Positions 50,501 to 63,600 of a stretch of DNA of 64,000 nt are shown piece after piece; position 1 is the first letter of the stretch, and each line of letters begins with the position of its first letter. Under the pieces are notes generated by a model, which worked only from the letters and a program-made list of their open reading frames with translations, did no database searches and was not told the DNA's origin. The translations under genes were made by a program, and so were the position numbers. This DNA is from Macrostomum lignano (lineage: Eukaryota). The DNA lies in the NCBI GenBank assembly GCA_002269645.1, contig NIVC01000483.1, positions 1-64,000 of the forward strand. Reading direction: 5' to 3'.

Positions 50501-51292
50501 CAAACATCAAAGACCCGACTTTTATTGAACCTTTCACCAGGCACCCCGACTCTCCTTAAACCTTTTTCGGCAAAATTCAAAGGCACCTTCAGACTTTTAT
50601 TGAACCCTTTCGATAAACATCAAAGGTGTGTCTTTCATTGAACCCTGTCGGTGAACTCCGATTGCCCGTCGGTAAACTTCAAAGGCACCTCCCGACTTTC
50701 ATTGAACCTTTTTTCGGTGAACTTCAAAAGCACCTCCCCACTTTCATTGAACCTTTTTCGTTAAACATCAAAGGCACCTCCCGACTTTCATTGAACCTTT
50801 TTCGGTAAACATCAAAGGCACCTCCCGACTTTCATTGAACTTTTTTCGGTGAACATCAAAGGCACCTCCCGATACGATAGTTATTATCTTAATCCCCCTG
50901 CAGGGCACGAAGAGCTGGTCCGCTGCATCCGTTTCGACTCCAAACGAATTGTGTCCGGCGCCTACGACGGCAAGATCAAAGTGTGGGACCTGCAGGCCGC
51001 CCTTGACCCCAGATCGTCGGCCGACGCGCTGTGCATCGTCACACTCAGCGAACACTCTGGCAGGGTGTTCCGCTTGCAATTCGACGAATTCCAGATCGTT
51101 TCATCGTCCCACGACGATACTATCTTAGTGTGGGATTTCCTTGGCGACGATGGGGATCAGGGGGGCATTAAGGAAGCCGCCGATGAAGAGGTTGATGAGG
51201 CTGTTGTGCTGCACTTTGCCGATGCCGACGCCGAGGATGAAGGCGGCGGTGGAGACGCCGAAGACAACGAGGCCGGAGATGAAGATGATTGA
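47579..51292 (+). CDS. BTRC: beta-TrCP / slimb F-box WD40 protein
   Basis: Exons 47579-47905, 48616-48939, 49891-50389, 50904-51292. D-domain ([21 protein letters not shown]), F-box ([20 protein letters not shown]), WD40s [71 protein letters not shown]. An upstream coding exon is possible. Confidence 0.95.
47965..48575. repeat. 28-bp minisatellite filling a beta-TrCP intron
   Basis: (GGGCCAGCCTCCCAGATCCTCAGTTGCT)n. Confidence 0.9.
49040..49835. repeat. 33-bp minisatellite filling a beta-TrCP intron
   Basis: (GGATTATCAATTGGGATTATAAACCACAAGAGA)n. Confidence 0.9.
50420..50872. repeat. ~44-bp minisatellite filling a beta-TrCP intron
   Basis: (ACTTTCATTGAACCTTTTTCGGTAAACATCAAAGGCACCTCCCG)n. Confidence 0.85.
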
Positions 51293-51537
51293 ATTAAATA
51301 ATAGTTCAAAATTGATAAATTAAAAAAATATTTTGAAAAAAAATTATTCTAGCGTGTGTTTCGTCAAAGGCATCTAAATGAAGTATAATATATTTGTAGG
51401 AGGGCTGCAGGCACCCTGGAGCAACGTCCTGCCCATTCCGCTGACTTCTGAACACATACAAGCGTGCCAATACTGTACGCAGTTACGCACTCGTACACAC
51501 GCTCACACAGGGTGTACAGGGGTTCTGACTTTCTAAT

Positions 51538-52103
51538 CGGCCATAGACTATAAAGCCAATCAAAGCCACTGCCACAGAACTGCACTCGGCCATAGACAAT
51601 AAAGCCAATCAAAGCCACTGCCGCAGAGCTGCACTCGGCCATAGACAATAAAGCCAATCAAGGCCACTGCCGCAGAGCTGCACTCGGCCATAGACAATAA
51701 AGCCAATCAAGGCCACTGCCGCAGAGCTGCACTCGGCCATAGACAATAAAGCCAATCAAGGCCACTGCCGCAGAGCTGCACTCGGCCATAGACAATAAAG
51801 CCAATCAAGGCCACTGCCGCAGAGCTGCACTCGGCCATAGACAATAAAGCCAATCAAGGCCACTGCCGCAGAGCTGCACTCGGCCATAGACAATAAAGCC
51901 AATCAAGGCCACTGCCGCAGAGCTGCACTCGGCCATAGACAATAAAGCCAATCAAGGCCACTGCCGCAGAGCTGCACTCGGCCATAGACAATAAAGCCAA
52001 TCAAAGCCACTGCCACAGAACTGCACTCGGCCATAGACAATAAAGCCAATCAAAGCCACTGCCACAGAACTGCACTCGGCCATAGACAATAAAGCCAATC
52101 AAA
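51538..52103. repeat. 49-bp tandem repeat downstream of beta-TrCP, ~11-12 copies
   Basis: (GCCATAGACAATAAAGCCAATCAAGGCCACTGCCGCAGAGCTGCACTCG)n, near-identical units. Confidence 0.95.
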
Positions 52104-52489
52104 TTGATAATCCACACGGTCTGGTTGAAATACAATCAAGTAAAGAAGTTCAAACTTGATTGGCTTTGCTGTAAAATATCATTTTTCTACCTCACTATAC
52201 ACCAGTGTCTACTCTAGTCTGTAAATGTGTTAGTTTGTAACTTCAATTACAATCTTAACTGGTTAAATTCCATCAAATTGGTGTGCTTTTTGCCATATCT
52301 GAGCAAAGCATTCAATATGTTGTTGGTGATAATAATTGCATCTGATAAGCTAACGATTGTAGCGCATTTTATTGTGTCTATTTTGTCTACTTTGCCTATT
52401 TTGTTTGTTACTTGTATTCAGTCAGCATATATAGTGGTGTTATGTGTTTCAACTGTGTCCGTCTTATCTGCCTTTTATCTCATCTTCCT

Positions 52490-53280
52490 AATCTCACCCC
52501 CTCTTAATTTCACCAATCTCAATCCCACCAATCTCCCAATCTCACTAATCTCTCAATCCCACAAATCTCTCAATCTCACCCATCTCTCAATCGCCCCTAT
52601 CTCTCAATCTCACCCATCTCTCAATCTCACCCATCTCTCAATCTCACCCATCTCTCAATCGCCCCTATCTCTCAATCTCACCCATCTCTTAATCTCACCC
52701 ATCTCTCAATCTCACCCATCTCTCAATCGCCCCTATCTCTCAATCTCACCCATCTCTTAATCTCACCCATCTCTCAATCTCACCCATCTCTTAATCTCAC
52801 CTATCTCTCAATCTCACCCATCTCTCAATCTCACCCATCTCTCAATCGCCCCTATCTCTCAATCTCACCCATCTCTTAATCTCACCCATCTCTCAATCTC
52901 ACCCATCTCTTAATCTCACCTATCTCTCAATCTCATCCATCTCTCAATCTCACCCATCTCTTAATCTCACCTATCTCTCAATCTCATCCATCTCTCAATC
53001 TCATCCATCTCTTAATCTCACCCATCTCTCAATCTCATCCATCTCTCAATTTCATCCGTCTCTCAACCTCCCCCATCTATCAATCTCACCCATCTCTCAA
53101 TCTCATCCATCTCTCAATCTCACCCATCTCTTAATCTCACCCATCTCTTAATCTCATCCATCTCTCAATCTCACCCATCTCTTAATCTCACCCATCTCTC
53201 AATCTCACCCATCTCTCAATCGCCCCCATCTCTCAATCTCACCCATCTCTCAATCTCACCCATCTCTCAATCTCACCCAA
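52490..53280. repeat. 17-bp pyrimidine-rich minisatellite
   Basis: (ATCTCACCCATCTCTCA)n. Confidence 0.9.
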
Positions 53281-53889
53281 TATCTATTTCACAGTAACAA
53301 TGTTTTATATTCCAGTACTTTATATTTATCCAGTAATTTATATCCAGTCAACCATCTGAAGTCGCAGCAGTCTCACAATTTGGCAGTGTATTATTCTATG
53401 AATGTTTATAATCGTTTTAACATGGTTCAAATAAAAGTTATTCAGTCCAAAGTACTGCAACAGGCAGTTTGCTCTTTCGTAATGTGTAAAAATAGTATTT
53501 ATTATTATATGTTCGCGAAAAAATTAAAGAAAAGCGAATTTTACTACTAATATTTTAATCAAAAGTCTAGTACGTACTCAGATACGATTCAACATATCAT
53601 TTTTGTTCAACTTGAAAAAGAAGCGGCTTGATAAAAAACAACCTATTAGACTACAGAGAGCAGAAAGTAAAAAACTCAACAAAAATCTACTTTAGGCATT
53701 AACATCTTAATGGAATCATAATTGATTATTACTAGCTAGATTTAATAAAGCATAAACAGTATCATGCAATCACTGATTAAACTAGAAAATTATTGTCAAC
53801 AAGTTTCCCGTAGTTGTTTTGGATTTACATAAGGGGAATCCCTTATTTATTTATAGTTTTAACATAGGATCCCGTAGCTGATTTAAGCT

Positions 53890-54365
53890 TTACAATGGGG
53901 AATCCCGTAACTATTTTTAGTTTTGCAAAGGGGAACCCGGATTTCGGTTGCTGTTTTTGGTTCTACAAATGGAAATTCCATAACTTTTTAGTTCTTCAAA
54001 GGGGAATCCCGTCGGTTTTTTAGTTTTACAACAGGAATTCCATAGCTATTTTAGTTTTGCAAAGGGGAATCCCATAGCTATTTTAGTTTTGCAAAGGGGA
54101 ATCCCATAGCTATTTTAGTTTTGCAAAGGGGAATCCCATAGCTATTTTAGTTTTGCAAAGGGGAATCCCATAGCTATTTTAGTTTTGCAAAGGGGAATAC
54201 CATAGCTATTTTAGTTTTGCAAAGGGGAATCCCATAGCTATTTTAGTTTTGCAAAGGGGAATCCCATAGCTATTTTAGTTTTGCAAAGGGGAATCCCATA
54301 GCTATTTTAGTTTTGCAAAGGGGAATCCCATAGCTATTTTAGTTTTGCAAAGGGGAATTCCATAG
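53890..54365. repeat. 32-bp minisatellite
   Basis: (ATAGCTATTTTAGTTTTGCAAAGGGGAATCCC)n. Confidence 0.9.
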
Positions 54366-54620
54366 TCGTTCTGGAGTTTTACAAAAGAGACTCCCGCTGC
54401 TATTTATAGTTGCTAAAAAGGAAATCCCATATTATTGATTTTTAAGTGAGGAATCCTGTCCCGTCAATATTTGCGAGCGTATGCTAGCTGGTGTCTATGA
54501 TCCCCCAAAGGGGAATCCCATCGATAATGTTTTTATCGATTCAGATAAAAAAACGGGGAACCTTCTCGCAATGGTTTAACACCTCTAAAAATAGAAACAA
54601 TTTTTCGTCTCTGAGTCATT

Positions 54621-57600
54621 TTACTCAGCTGACTCGGCCGAGCTGCTGCTGCTTAGCGAGGAGTCCGACGTCCAGGCAGCCTCATTGTCGTCATCTTGGG
54701 TGGTCGCCGCGTTGTCTCCGACGCCTGGAAATTCCGTCAGCGTCGCCGTGCCGCCAAACCTCACGGCGGAAACTTTGGCGGCGGCATCGCGACCGCTGTT
54801 TCTTGCCTTCTGCTTCGACTTTCGCTTTCGTCTGCTAGCGTTTTTTTCGCCTTTGCGTTTCTTAGAATCCGCATCCCGAAGTTGTTCTGGCGAATGCATG
54901 GTCTGTAGAACAGCGCGCAGCAGGCACAGGAACGCTTCGCTGGCGCTCTCCGAGTCTAGCGCCGTTGCCTCGCGCCAAACCAGGCCGTGGCGCCGAGCCA
55001 GCGCCAGGCCGGACTGAGCTCCGGAGGGCGTAGGGAGCTCGCGGCGGTCGAGCTTGTTGCCGATCAGAGCGATGGGGGCGTCGGCTGGTAGTCCGACGCT
55101 GTCGCCGTCCTGTGCCGGGCGCAGTCGCTGCAGCCAGGCCTCGCAGTCGCGGAGGCTGTCCGCGTCAGTGACGTCATAGACCAGCATAGCACACTGGCAG
55201 CCGCTGTAGTAGCCCTCCGAGTTGCTGCGATGGCTGGGAGTAATGGCGGTGGACTTTGTTAGCACCTACCTCACTCCCTGCACCCACCTCACTCTGCACC
55301 CACCTCAATCTGCACCCACCCCACTCCCTGCACCTACCTTACTCCCTGCGCCCACCTCACTCCCTGCACCTACCTCACTTCCTGCACCCACCTCACTCCC
55401 TGCGCCCACCTCACTCCCTGCACCCACCCCACTTTCCGCACCCGCCTCACTCCCCGCACCCACCTCACTCCCCGCGCCCACCTCACTCTGCACCCACCTC
55501 AATCTGCACCCACCCCACTCCCTGCACCTACCTTACTCCCTGCGCCCACCTCACTCCCTGCACCTACCTCACTTCCTGCACCCACCTCACTCCCTGCGCC
55601 CACCTCACTCCCTGCACCCACCTCACTCCCTGCACCCACCCCACTTTCCGCACCCGCCTCACTCCCCGCACCCACCTCACTCCCCGCGCCCACCTCACTC
55701 CCCGCACCCACCTCACTCCCCGCGCCCACCTCACTCCCCGCACCCACCTCACTCCCCGCGCCCACCTCACTCTGCACCCACCTCAATCTGCACTCACCCC
55801 ACTCCCTGCACCTACCTTACTCCCTGCGCCCACCTCACTCCCTGCAGCTACCTCACTTCCTGCACCCACCTCACTCCCTGCGCCCACCTCACTCCCTGCA
55901 CCCACCTCACTCCCTGCACCCACCCCACTTTCCTGCACCCGCCTCACTCCCCGCACCCGCCTCACTCCCCGCACCCACCTCACTCCCCGCGCCCACCTCA
56001 CTCCCCGCACCCACCTCACTCCCCGCGCCCACCTCACTCCACACATCCCTTCGCGCACCACCGTGCGAACGTCAAAATCTCCTCACCTCTCCTGACCGGC
56101 AGTGTCCCAAATCTGGCATTGGACCGGCACCCCGTCAACCTTGACCAGTCGGCTCTGCAGACTCGCGGCCACTGTCGGCGCATACGATTCGTTGAATTGG
56201 CCGCCTACAAAGCGAGCCAGAAGGCTTGACTTGCCAACGCCAGCGTTCCCAACAACGATTACTGCGGGAGTTGATCGGTTTAATCATTGGTAAACATACT
56301 CGTAAAGTTGTTTGGCGCCATCGATTCTTATCGTTTAGTTTGGCGCCATTTGTGTTCAGTTTGGCGCCATTTGTGTCTAGGTTGACGCCTTTAGTGTCTA
56401 GTTTGGCGCCATTTGTGTCTAGTTTGGCGCCATTTGTGTCTTATTTAAAAGCCCTAAAAATCGCCCAAGATCACCATTGACGAGCACAGCAGGCCTGTCG
56501 GGCACAGACGCAGTCTGGGACTCAATCAACGGCAGCTCCTCCACGCTGGCACCTGGCGGCGCGCTTTGCCGCTGACTGTCAACGGTGAATCTGGACAAAA
56601 CTTTCGAATCGAAATTCGACGAACTCATATCTTTGACACTCGCCAGCATGCTGTCAATCTCTGCTATCCGTATTGACGCGTTGGCCGCCTTCGGCGCTGT
56701 CTCCGCCTTCTGAAGCTTCATCTGGGCGAGGCAGCGACTCTGCAGGCCCCTGAAAGCCTGGCCGACATTCTGTCCGGTGCGGGCGCTGACGCCCCAGCAC
56801 AGCTCGACGCCGTGCGACTTGGCGAACACGTCAGCCTCCTCCTGAGTCACGGCGGCCTCATCCGAGTCGCTCTTGTTGGCCACCAGAGCCACGGGCGTGG
56901 ACTCTGGCGCGGAGGCCCGCAGCTCCTGCAGCCAGCGCTCGCAGCTGTCGAAGCTGTCGCGGTTCGAGGCGTCGAAGATCAGCAGGGCGCCGGCGCAGCC
57001 TCGGTAGTAGGCGCTCGTGATGGAGCGGAACCTGCGGATGTCGGGGAGGGGCGAAGGGCGGTCTAAGGGGTGTTATGGTTTAGGTTTTATGATCCAGGTG
57101 TTATGATCCAGGTATTATGATCCAGGTGTTATGATCCAGGTGTTATGATCCAGGTGTTCTAATCCGGGTGTTATGATCCGGGTGTTATGATCCAGGTGGT
57201 ACGATCCAGGTGTTATAATCCAGGTGTTATAATCCAGGTGTTATAATCCAGGTGTTATAATCCAGGTGTAATGATCGAGGTGTTATGATTCAGATAATTA
57301 TGATCCAAGATTTATAATTTGAGTGTCATGATTCCGGTGTTTTAATATAGGTTTATGAGCCTAGATTCATGATTCAGTTATTATGATCCAGGTGTTAAGG
57401 TCCCTGCTGTCTAATGAGTTAATGATAGTAACTTATGTGTAAATCTAATGGGTTTTATAACACAATTTCGTCCAGAAATAAAGTTAATAAAGGAAAGAGC
57501 GAGCTATCCAACTTCAACCTCACCTCTGTTGTCCTGCCGTATCCCAAATCTGAGTTTTCACTCGCGACCCGTCAATGTCGCTGTTCACCACGCGAAAGTC

Positions 57601-60600
57601 CACTCCGATGGTGGGCGTTGCCTTGAGGCTCTAAATTCCTGGTCAATAAATTGGCGGACCAGGCAGGACTTGCCGACGCTGGAGTCTCCGATTAGCACCG
57701 CTGCGTGTGGGTGTGGGCATTGTGAGCATTGTCACACCCACCTCACTCTGCACCCACCTCACTCTGCACCCACCTCACTCTGCACCCACCTCACTCTGCA
57801 CCCACCTCCGAACCTCACTCCACTCCGCACCCACCTCACTCCGCACTCACCTCATTCCGAACCCACCTCACTACACACCCACCTCACTCCACACCCACCT
57901 CACTCCACACACACCCCACTTCACGCCCACCTCACTCCGCACCCACCTCACTCCGCACCCACCTCACTCCGCACCCACCTCACCCGCGCCCACCTCACTC
58001 CACACCCGCCGCACTCCGCACCCAGCTCACTCCACACCCAGCTCACTCCACACCCACCTCACTCCACACCCACCTCACTCCACACCCGCCGCACTCCACA
58101 CCCACCTCACTCCACACCCACCTCACTCCACACCCGCCGCACTCCGCACCCAGCTCACTCCACACCACCTCACTCCACACCCACCTCACTCCACACCCGC
58201 CGCACTCCGCACCCACCTCACTCCACACCCACCTCACTCCGCACCCACCTCACTCCACACCCACCTCACTCCACACCCACCTCACTCCACACCCGCCGCA
58301 CTCCACACCCACCTCACTCCACACCCGCCGCACTCCGCACCCAGCTCACTCCGCATATCCATCTCACTTCGCACCCACGTAACAGTCAGATGGTAAAGAC
58401 AAGGATGCTATATCTCACTTTTTATCACATAGTCAGGAGAGCGATCATCGTTCAGGTTTGCCTGTCCCACTGCTGCTGGCTTCGAAATGGGAGACTCCTT
58501 CGACTGCTCAGTAGATTTACTCGTATTGATGGCCTTCGGAGCGAAAGTAGTCGATTCGTTTGACTGCTGGGTCTGTGCCAAACTAGGAATCGGTTTTAAA
58601 GAGAAAATATTTGCGTTGTTATGCGGATAAAGTTGTGTTGCTATGGGGATGAATTTGTGTTGCTATGGGGATGAAGTTGTGTTGCTGTGTTTGAGGTTGT
58701 GCTGCCATGGGGACGAAGTTTTGTTGCTATGTGAATGACGTTGTGTTGCTATGACGATGAGAATGTATAGCTAAAGGGATTAAATGCTGTTGCAAAGGCC
58801 AGACACCAACCCGAATTGCTGGCTCTGGCTCTGCAGCACCCGACTCTGCAGGCCCCTGAAAGCCTGGCCGACATTCTGTCCGGTGCGGGCGCTGACGCCC
58901 CAGCACAGCTCGACGCCGTGCGACTTGGCGAACTCGTCAGCCTCCTCCTGAGTCACGGCGGCCTCATCCGAGTCGCTCTTGTTGGCCACCAGAACCACGT
59001 GCACGGACTCTGGCGCGGAGGCCCGCAGCTCCTGCAGCCAGCGCTCGCAGCTGTCGAAGCTGTCGCGGTTCGAGGCGTCGAAGACCAGCAGAGCGCCGGC
59101 GCAGCCTCTGTAGTAGGCGCTCGTGATGGAGCGGAACCTGCGGATGTCGGGTAATTTATGGATGGGTTTGGCCCTAGTCTAACAGGTGTCTCTGTCTAAC
59201 AGGTGTGAAGCCCCAGTCTAACAGGTGTGAAGCCCCAGTCTAACAGGTGTGAGGCCTCAGTCTAACAGGTGTGAGGCTCTGTCTAACAGGTGTGAGGCCT
59301 CTGTCTAACAGGTGTGAGACCTCTGTCTAACAGGTGTGAGACCTCTGTCTAACAGGTGTGAGGCCTCTGTCTAACAGGTGTGAGGCCTCCGTCTAACAGG
59401 TGTGAGGCCTCTGTCTAACAGGTGTGAGGCCTCTGTCTAACAAGTGTGAAGCCCCAGTCTAACAGGTGTGAGGCCTCTGTCTAACAGGTGTGAGGCCTCT
59501 AACAGGTGTGAGGCCACTGTTTAACAGGTGTGAGGCCTCTGTCTAACACGTGGGAGGCCTCTGTCTAACAGGTTTGAGGCCCCAGTCTAACAGGTGTGAG
59601 GCCTCTGTCGAACAGGTTTGAGGCCCCAGTCTAACAGGTGTGAGGCCTCTGTCTAACATGTGCGAAGCCCCAGTCTAACAGGTGTGAGGCCTCTGTCTAA
59701 CAAGTGTTAGGCCTCTGTCTAACAAGTGTTAGGCCTCTGTCTAACAGGTGTTAAGCCCCAGTCTAACATGTGTGAGGCCTCTCTCTAACAGGTGTGAAGC
59801 CCCAGTCTAACAGGTGTGAGGCCTCTGTCTAACAGGTGTGAAGCCCCAGTCTAACAGGTGTGAGGCCTCTGTCTAACAAGTGTGAAGCCCCAGTCTAACA
59901 GGTGTGAGGCCTCTGTCTAACAAGTGTGAAGCCCCAGTCTAACAGGTGTGAGGCCTCTGTCTAACAGGTGTGAAGCCCCAGTCTAACAGGTGTGAGGCCT
60001 CTGTCTAACAGGTGTGAAGCCCCAGTCTAACAGGTGTGAGGCCTCTGTCTAACAAGTGTAAAGCCCCAGTCTAACAGGTGTGAGGCCTCTGTCTAACAAG
60101 TGTGAAGCCCCAGTCTAACAGGTGTGAGGCCTCTGTCTAGCATATAAGCCTTCTCAGGTTAGCGTAATTCCATCTCAAACTTACCTCTCCGCACCAGCTG
60201 TGTCCCAGAACACACTCTTGACTCGACAGCCATCAATATTGTCTTTCACAGCTCGAAATTCCACTCCAATGGTTTGTGGCATTTCGTTAGTGGCATCAAA
60301 TTCTTTGTCTGCAAATCGCTGAAGCAAGCTGGACTTTCCAACACCGGAGTCGCCAATTAGAAGAACTGAATGATAAATTGAATGAGCGTAATACAATAAT
60401 TCTTTATTTTTACCTTCTACAATAAAAAAGTTCAATCCTGCTTACCTTTTATCTGATAATCAATATGTTCGTTAGAATTTTCACTTTTCTTAGGCACCAA
60501 CTGAGGCAATTGTCGCATGTCAGTTGAATTCATTGGAGCCTGATTTGAACTCAGTCTGTGGGAAGGCGAAACCCTAAGTTCTTGGTTACCATGCGAGAGT

Positions 60601-63600
60601 ATCGTGTTGCCATGCGAGACTAGCGTGTTGCTATGCGAGACTATAGTGTTGCAATGCTTTCTATTCTGAAACCTTCGGTAGCTCAATAACTAACCCATCA
60701 ACTTTGCTCTGCAGCACCCGACTCTGCAGGCCCCTGAATGCCTGGCCGACATTCTGTCCGGTGCGGGCGCTGACCCCCAGCACAGCTCGATGCCGTGCGA
60801 CTTGGCGAACTCGTCAGCCTCCTCCTGAGTCACGGCGGCCTCATCCGAGTCGCTCTTGTTGGCCACCAGAACCGCGTGCACGGACTCTGGCGCGGAGGCC
60901 CGCAGCTCCTGCAGCCAGCGCTCGCAGCTGTCGAAGCTGTCGCGGTTCGAGGCGTCGAAGACCAGCAGAGCGCCGGCGCAGCCTCGGTAGTAGGATGATG
61001 TTATTGTGCGGAATCTGGAGTTTTGTTGAAGTCAGAGGAAAGTGTACATTAGGGGGTAGAGATTGAATGGGTTGATAAGAGACAAATGTACATTTGGAGG
61101 GGTAGAGATTAAATGGGGTTGGTCAGACAAGTGTACATTTGGAAGGGGTAGAGATTGAATGAGTTGATAAGAGACAAGTGTACATTTGGAAGGGGTAGAG
61201 ATTGAATGGGTTGATAAGAGACAAGTGTACATTTGGAAGGGGTAGAGATTGAATGAGTTGATAAGAGACAAGTGTACATTTGGAAGGGGTAGAGATTGAA
61301 TGGGTTAATAAGAGACAAGTGTACATTTGGAGGGGTAGAGATTGAATGGGGTAGGTAAGAGATAAGTGTACATTAGGGGTAGAGATTCGGGTTGATCAGA
61401 GGCAAGTGCGCACAAGTAAAAATGCAAGGAATCACCTCTCTTGTCCAGCGGTGTCCCAGATCTGGCACTTGATGCTTGACCCATCGATTTCATTTTGAAC
61501 AATTTTGAAGTTCACACCAATTGTTGGCGTCGCGTTTTGACTTTCGTCAAATGAGTTTTCAGCAAATCTGCGCAACAGGCAGGATTTCCCGACTCCGGAA
61601 TCGCCTATGAGCAGCACTGTGGAATTAAAGATAAACAAGATGATTTCTTAATATAAAAAGCCTTTTAAGGACAAATATTTTTAATTTAAACTGAAAGAAA
61701 TCGCACATTTTATCACGCGTTGCTGTTTTGCTTCAGCTGCCGTCTCGGATCCGTCAACAGCAGTTCTGGACTCTGGGTTTTGAGCTGCTTTGACTTTATT
61801 TTGTCTGAAAAGAATGTTTGGTAAAGTGAGTTTTTAACCAGACACGTTCTTAACCAGACACGTTCTTAAACGAACTAGACACGTTCTTAACCGAACTAGA
61901 CACGTTCTTAACCGAACTAGACACGTTCTTAACCGAACCAGACACGTTCTTAACCGAACCAGACACGTTCTTAACCGAACCAGACACGTTCTTAACCGAA
62001 CCAGACACGTTCTTAACCGAACTAGACACGATCTTAACCGAACTAGACACGATCTTAACTGATAGACACGTTCTTAACCGAACTAGACACGTTCTTAACC
62101 GAACTAGACACGATCTTAACCGATAGACACGTTCTTAACCGAACTAGACACGTTCTTAACCGAACTAGACACCTTGATTCACAGAGTGAAAACACATTCT
62201 AACAGAATCAGACCAGGGTAGAGCTGTTTAGAGCGCGCTCAAACTCACTCAGTTTTGCTGCCTTCAGCTCCCTGACCATCTGCCGTGGTGGCAGCGGCAG
62301 CGGCTGCGGCGGCAGCGACCTGCCTCACCAGTTCCTTCCTGTCGTCGCCCCAGGCCCGGAATCGCCGAAAGAACTCTTTGTCGGGTCGATCGTGCAAAGC
62401 GGCCCAATCCAGGCCCTGAGCAGACCGCGACATCGGATGCCTGCTCAGCCAATCTTGCCGTTTAGCCATCATCTCATCGCTTGTCGTCGTTGCAGCAGCA
62501 GCTTCAGCCAAGTCTTTGGACTCGCTTAGCAACTCAATAGCGAGAATGTAGGCCTGGTCTAGCCATCGAATATAAGAGCCGTAGCATTCAGTCTGTTCGA
62601 TGACGTCATTGGCCAGGGCAAGGGCTCGTTTGGGATTGCCGGCGGCTCGGTGCAGCCTTTAGAGATGAAAAAAGTATTTAAATTATTGAATCTCAATTAG
62701 ATGACCCAAGTTTACCAAATGTTGATCTAATAGCCGAGTTAAACAATTAAAATTGACAGACTCATGCAGTGACTAGCAGACTCAAAATATCAGACTCAAA
62801 ATATCATAGATTCGAAATCAACCAGACTCAGAATCTCACAGACTTAAAATCCCAGACTCAGAATTTGACAGACTCAAAATCTCATACTCAAAATCCCAGA
62901 CTCAAACTCTCCCAGATTCAAAATCTCCCAGATTCAAAATCTCAAAGGCTCAAATCTCAGAGACTAAAAATCACCCAGACTCAAAATCTCACAGACTCAA
63001 AATCCCAGACTCAAACTCTCCCAGATTCAAAATCTCATAGATTCAAAATCTCTCAGATTCAAAATCTCAAAGGCTCAAATCTCAGAGACTAAAAATCACC
63101 CAGATTCAAAATCTCAAACTCAGAATTTGACAGACTCAAAATCTCACAGACTCAAAATTTCACACTCAAAATCTCACAGACTCAAAATCTCATACTCAAA
63201 ATCCCAGACTCAAACTCTCCCAGATTCAAAATCTCCCAGATTCAAAATCTCCCAGATTCAAAATCTCACAGACTCAAAATCTCAGTATCCAAATCCCAGA
63301 CTTAACATCTCAGACTCAAAATCACCCAGACTCAAAATCTCACAGACTCAAAATCTCACAGACTCAAAACCTCAGACTCAAAAATTTCAGACTCAAAATC
63401 TCAGAATAAAAAATCTGACAGACTAAAAAATGGCCTACTTAGCCAACTGGAGTTTAGCTCTGAGCAGCAGGTGCCCTTGAGCTGGTTGGCTGTCAATCAG
63501 CGCTTCTAGAGCTTCATCAGCCAGCCGCTCAGCCTCCGGACGGTACTCCCCCGAAGGCACATCGGCCAGAAGTCTGCCCAGACAGATTCTGGCTTGCACA

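Noticed and set aside
54621-61616. Four separate tandem Rab genes
   Set aside because: No ATG-bearing first exons or prenylation tails; linker exons join the domains in phase. Still testable by cDNA.
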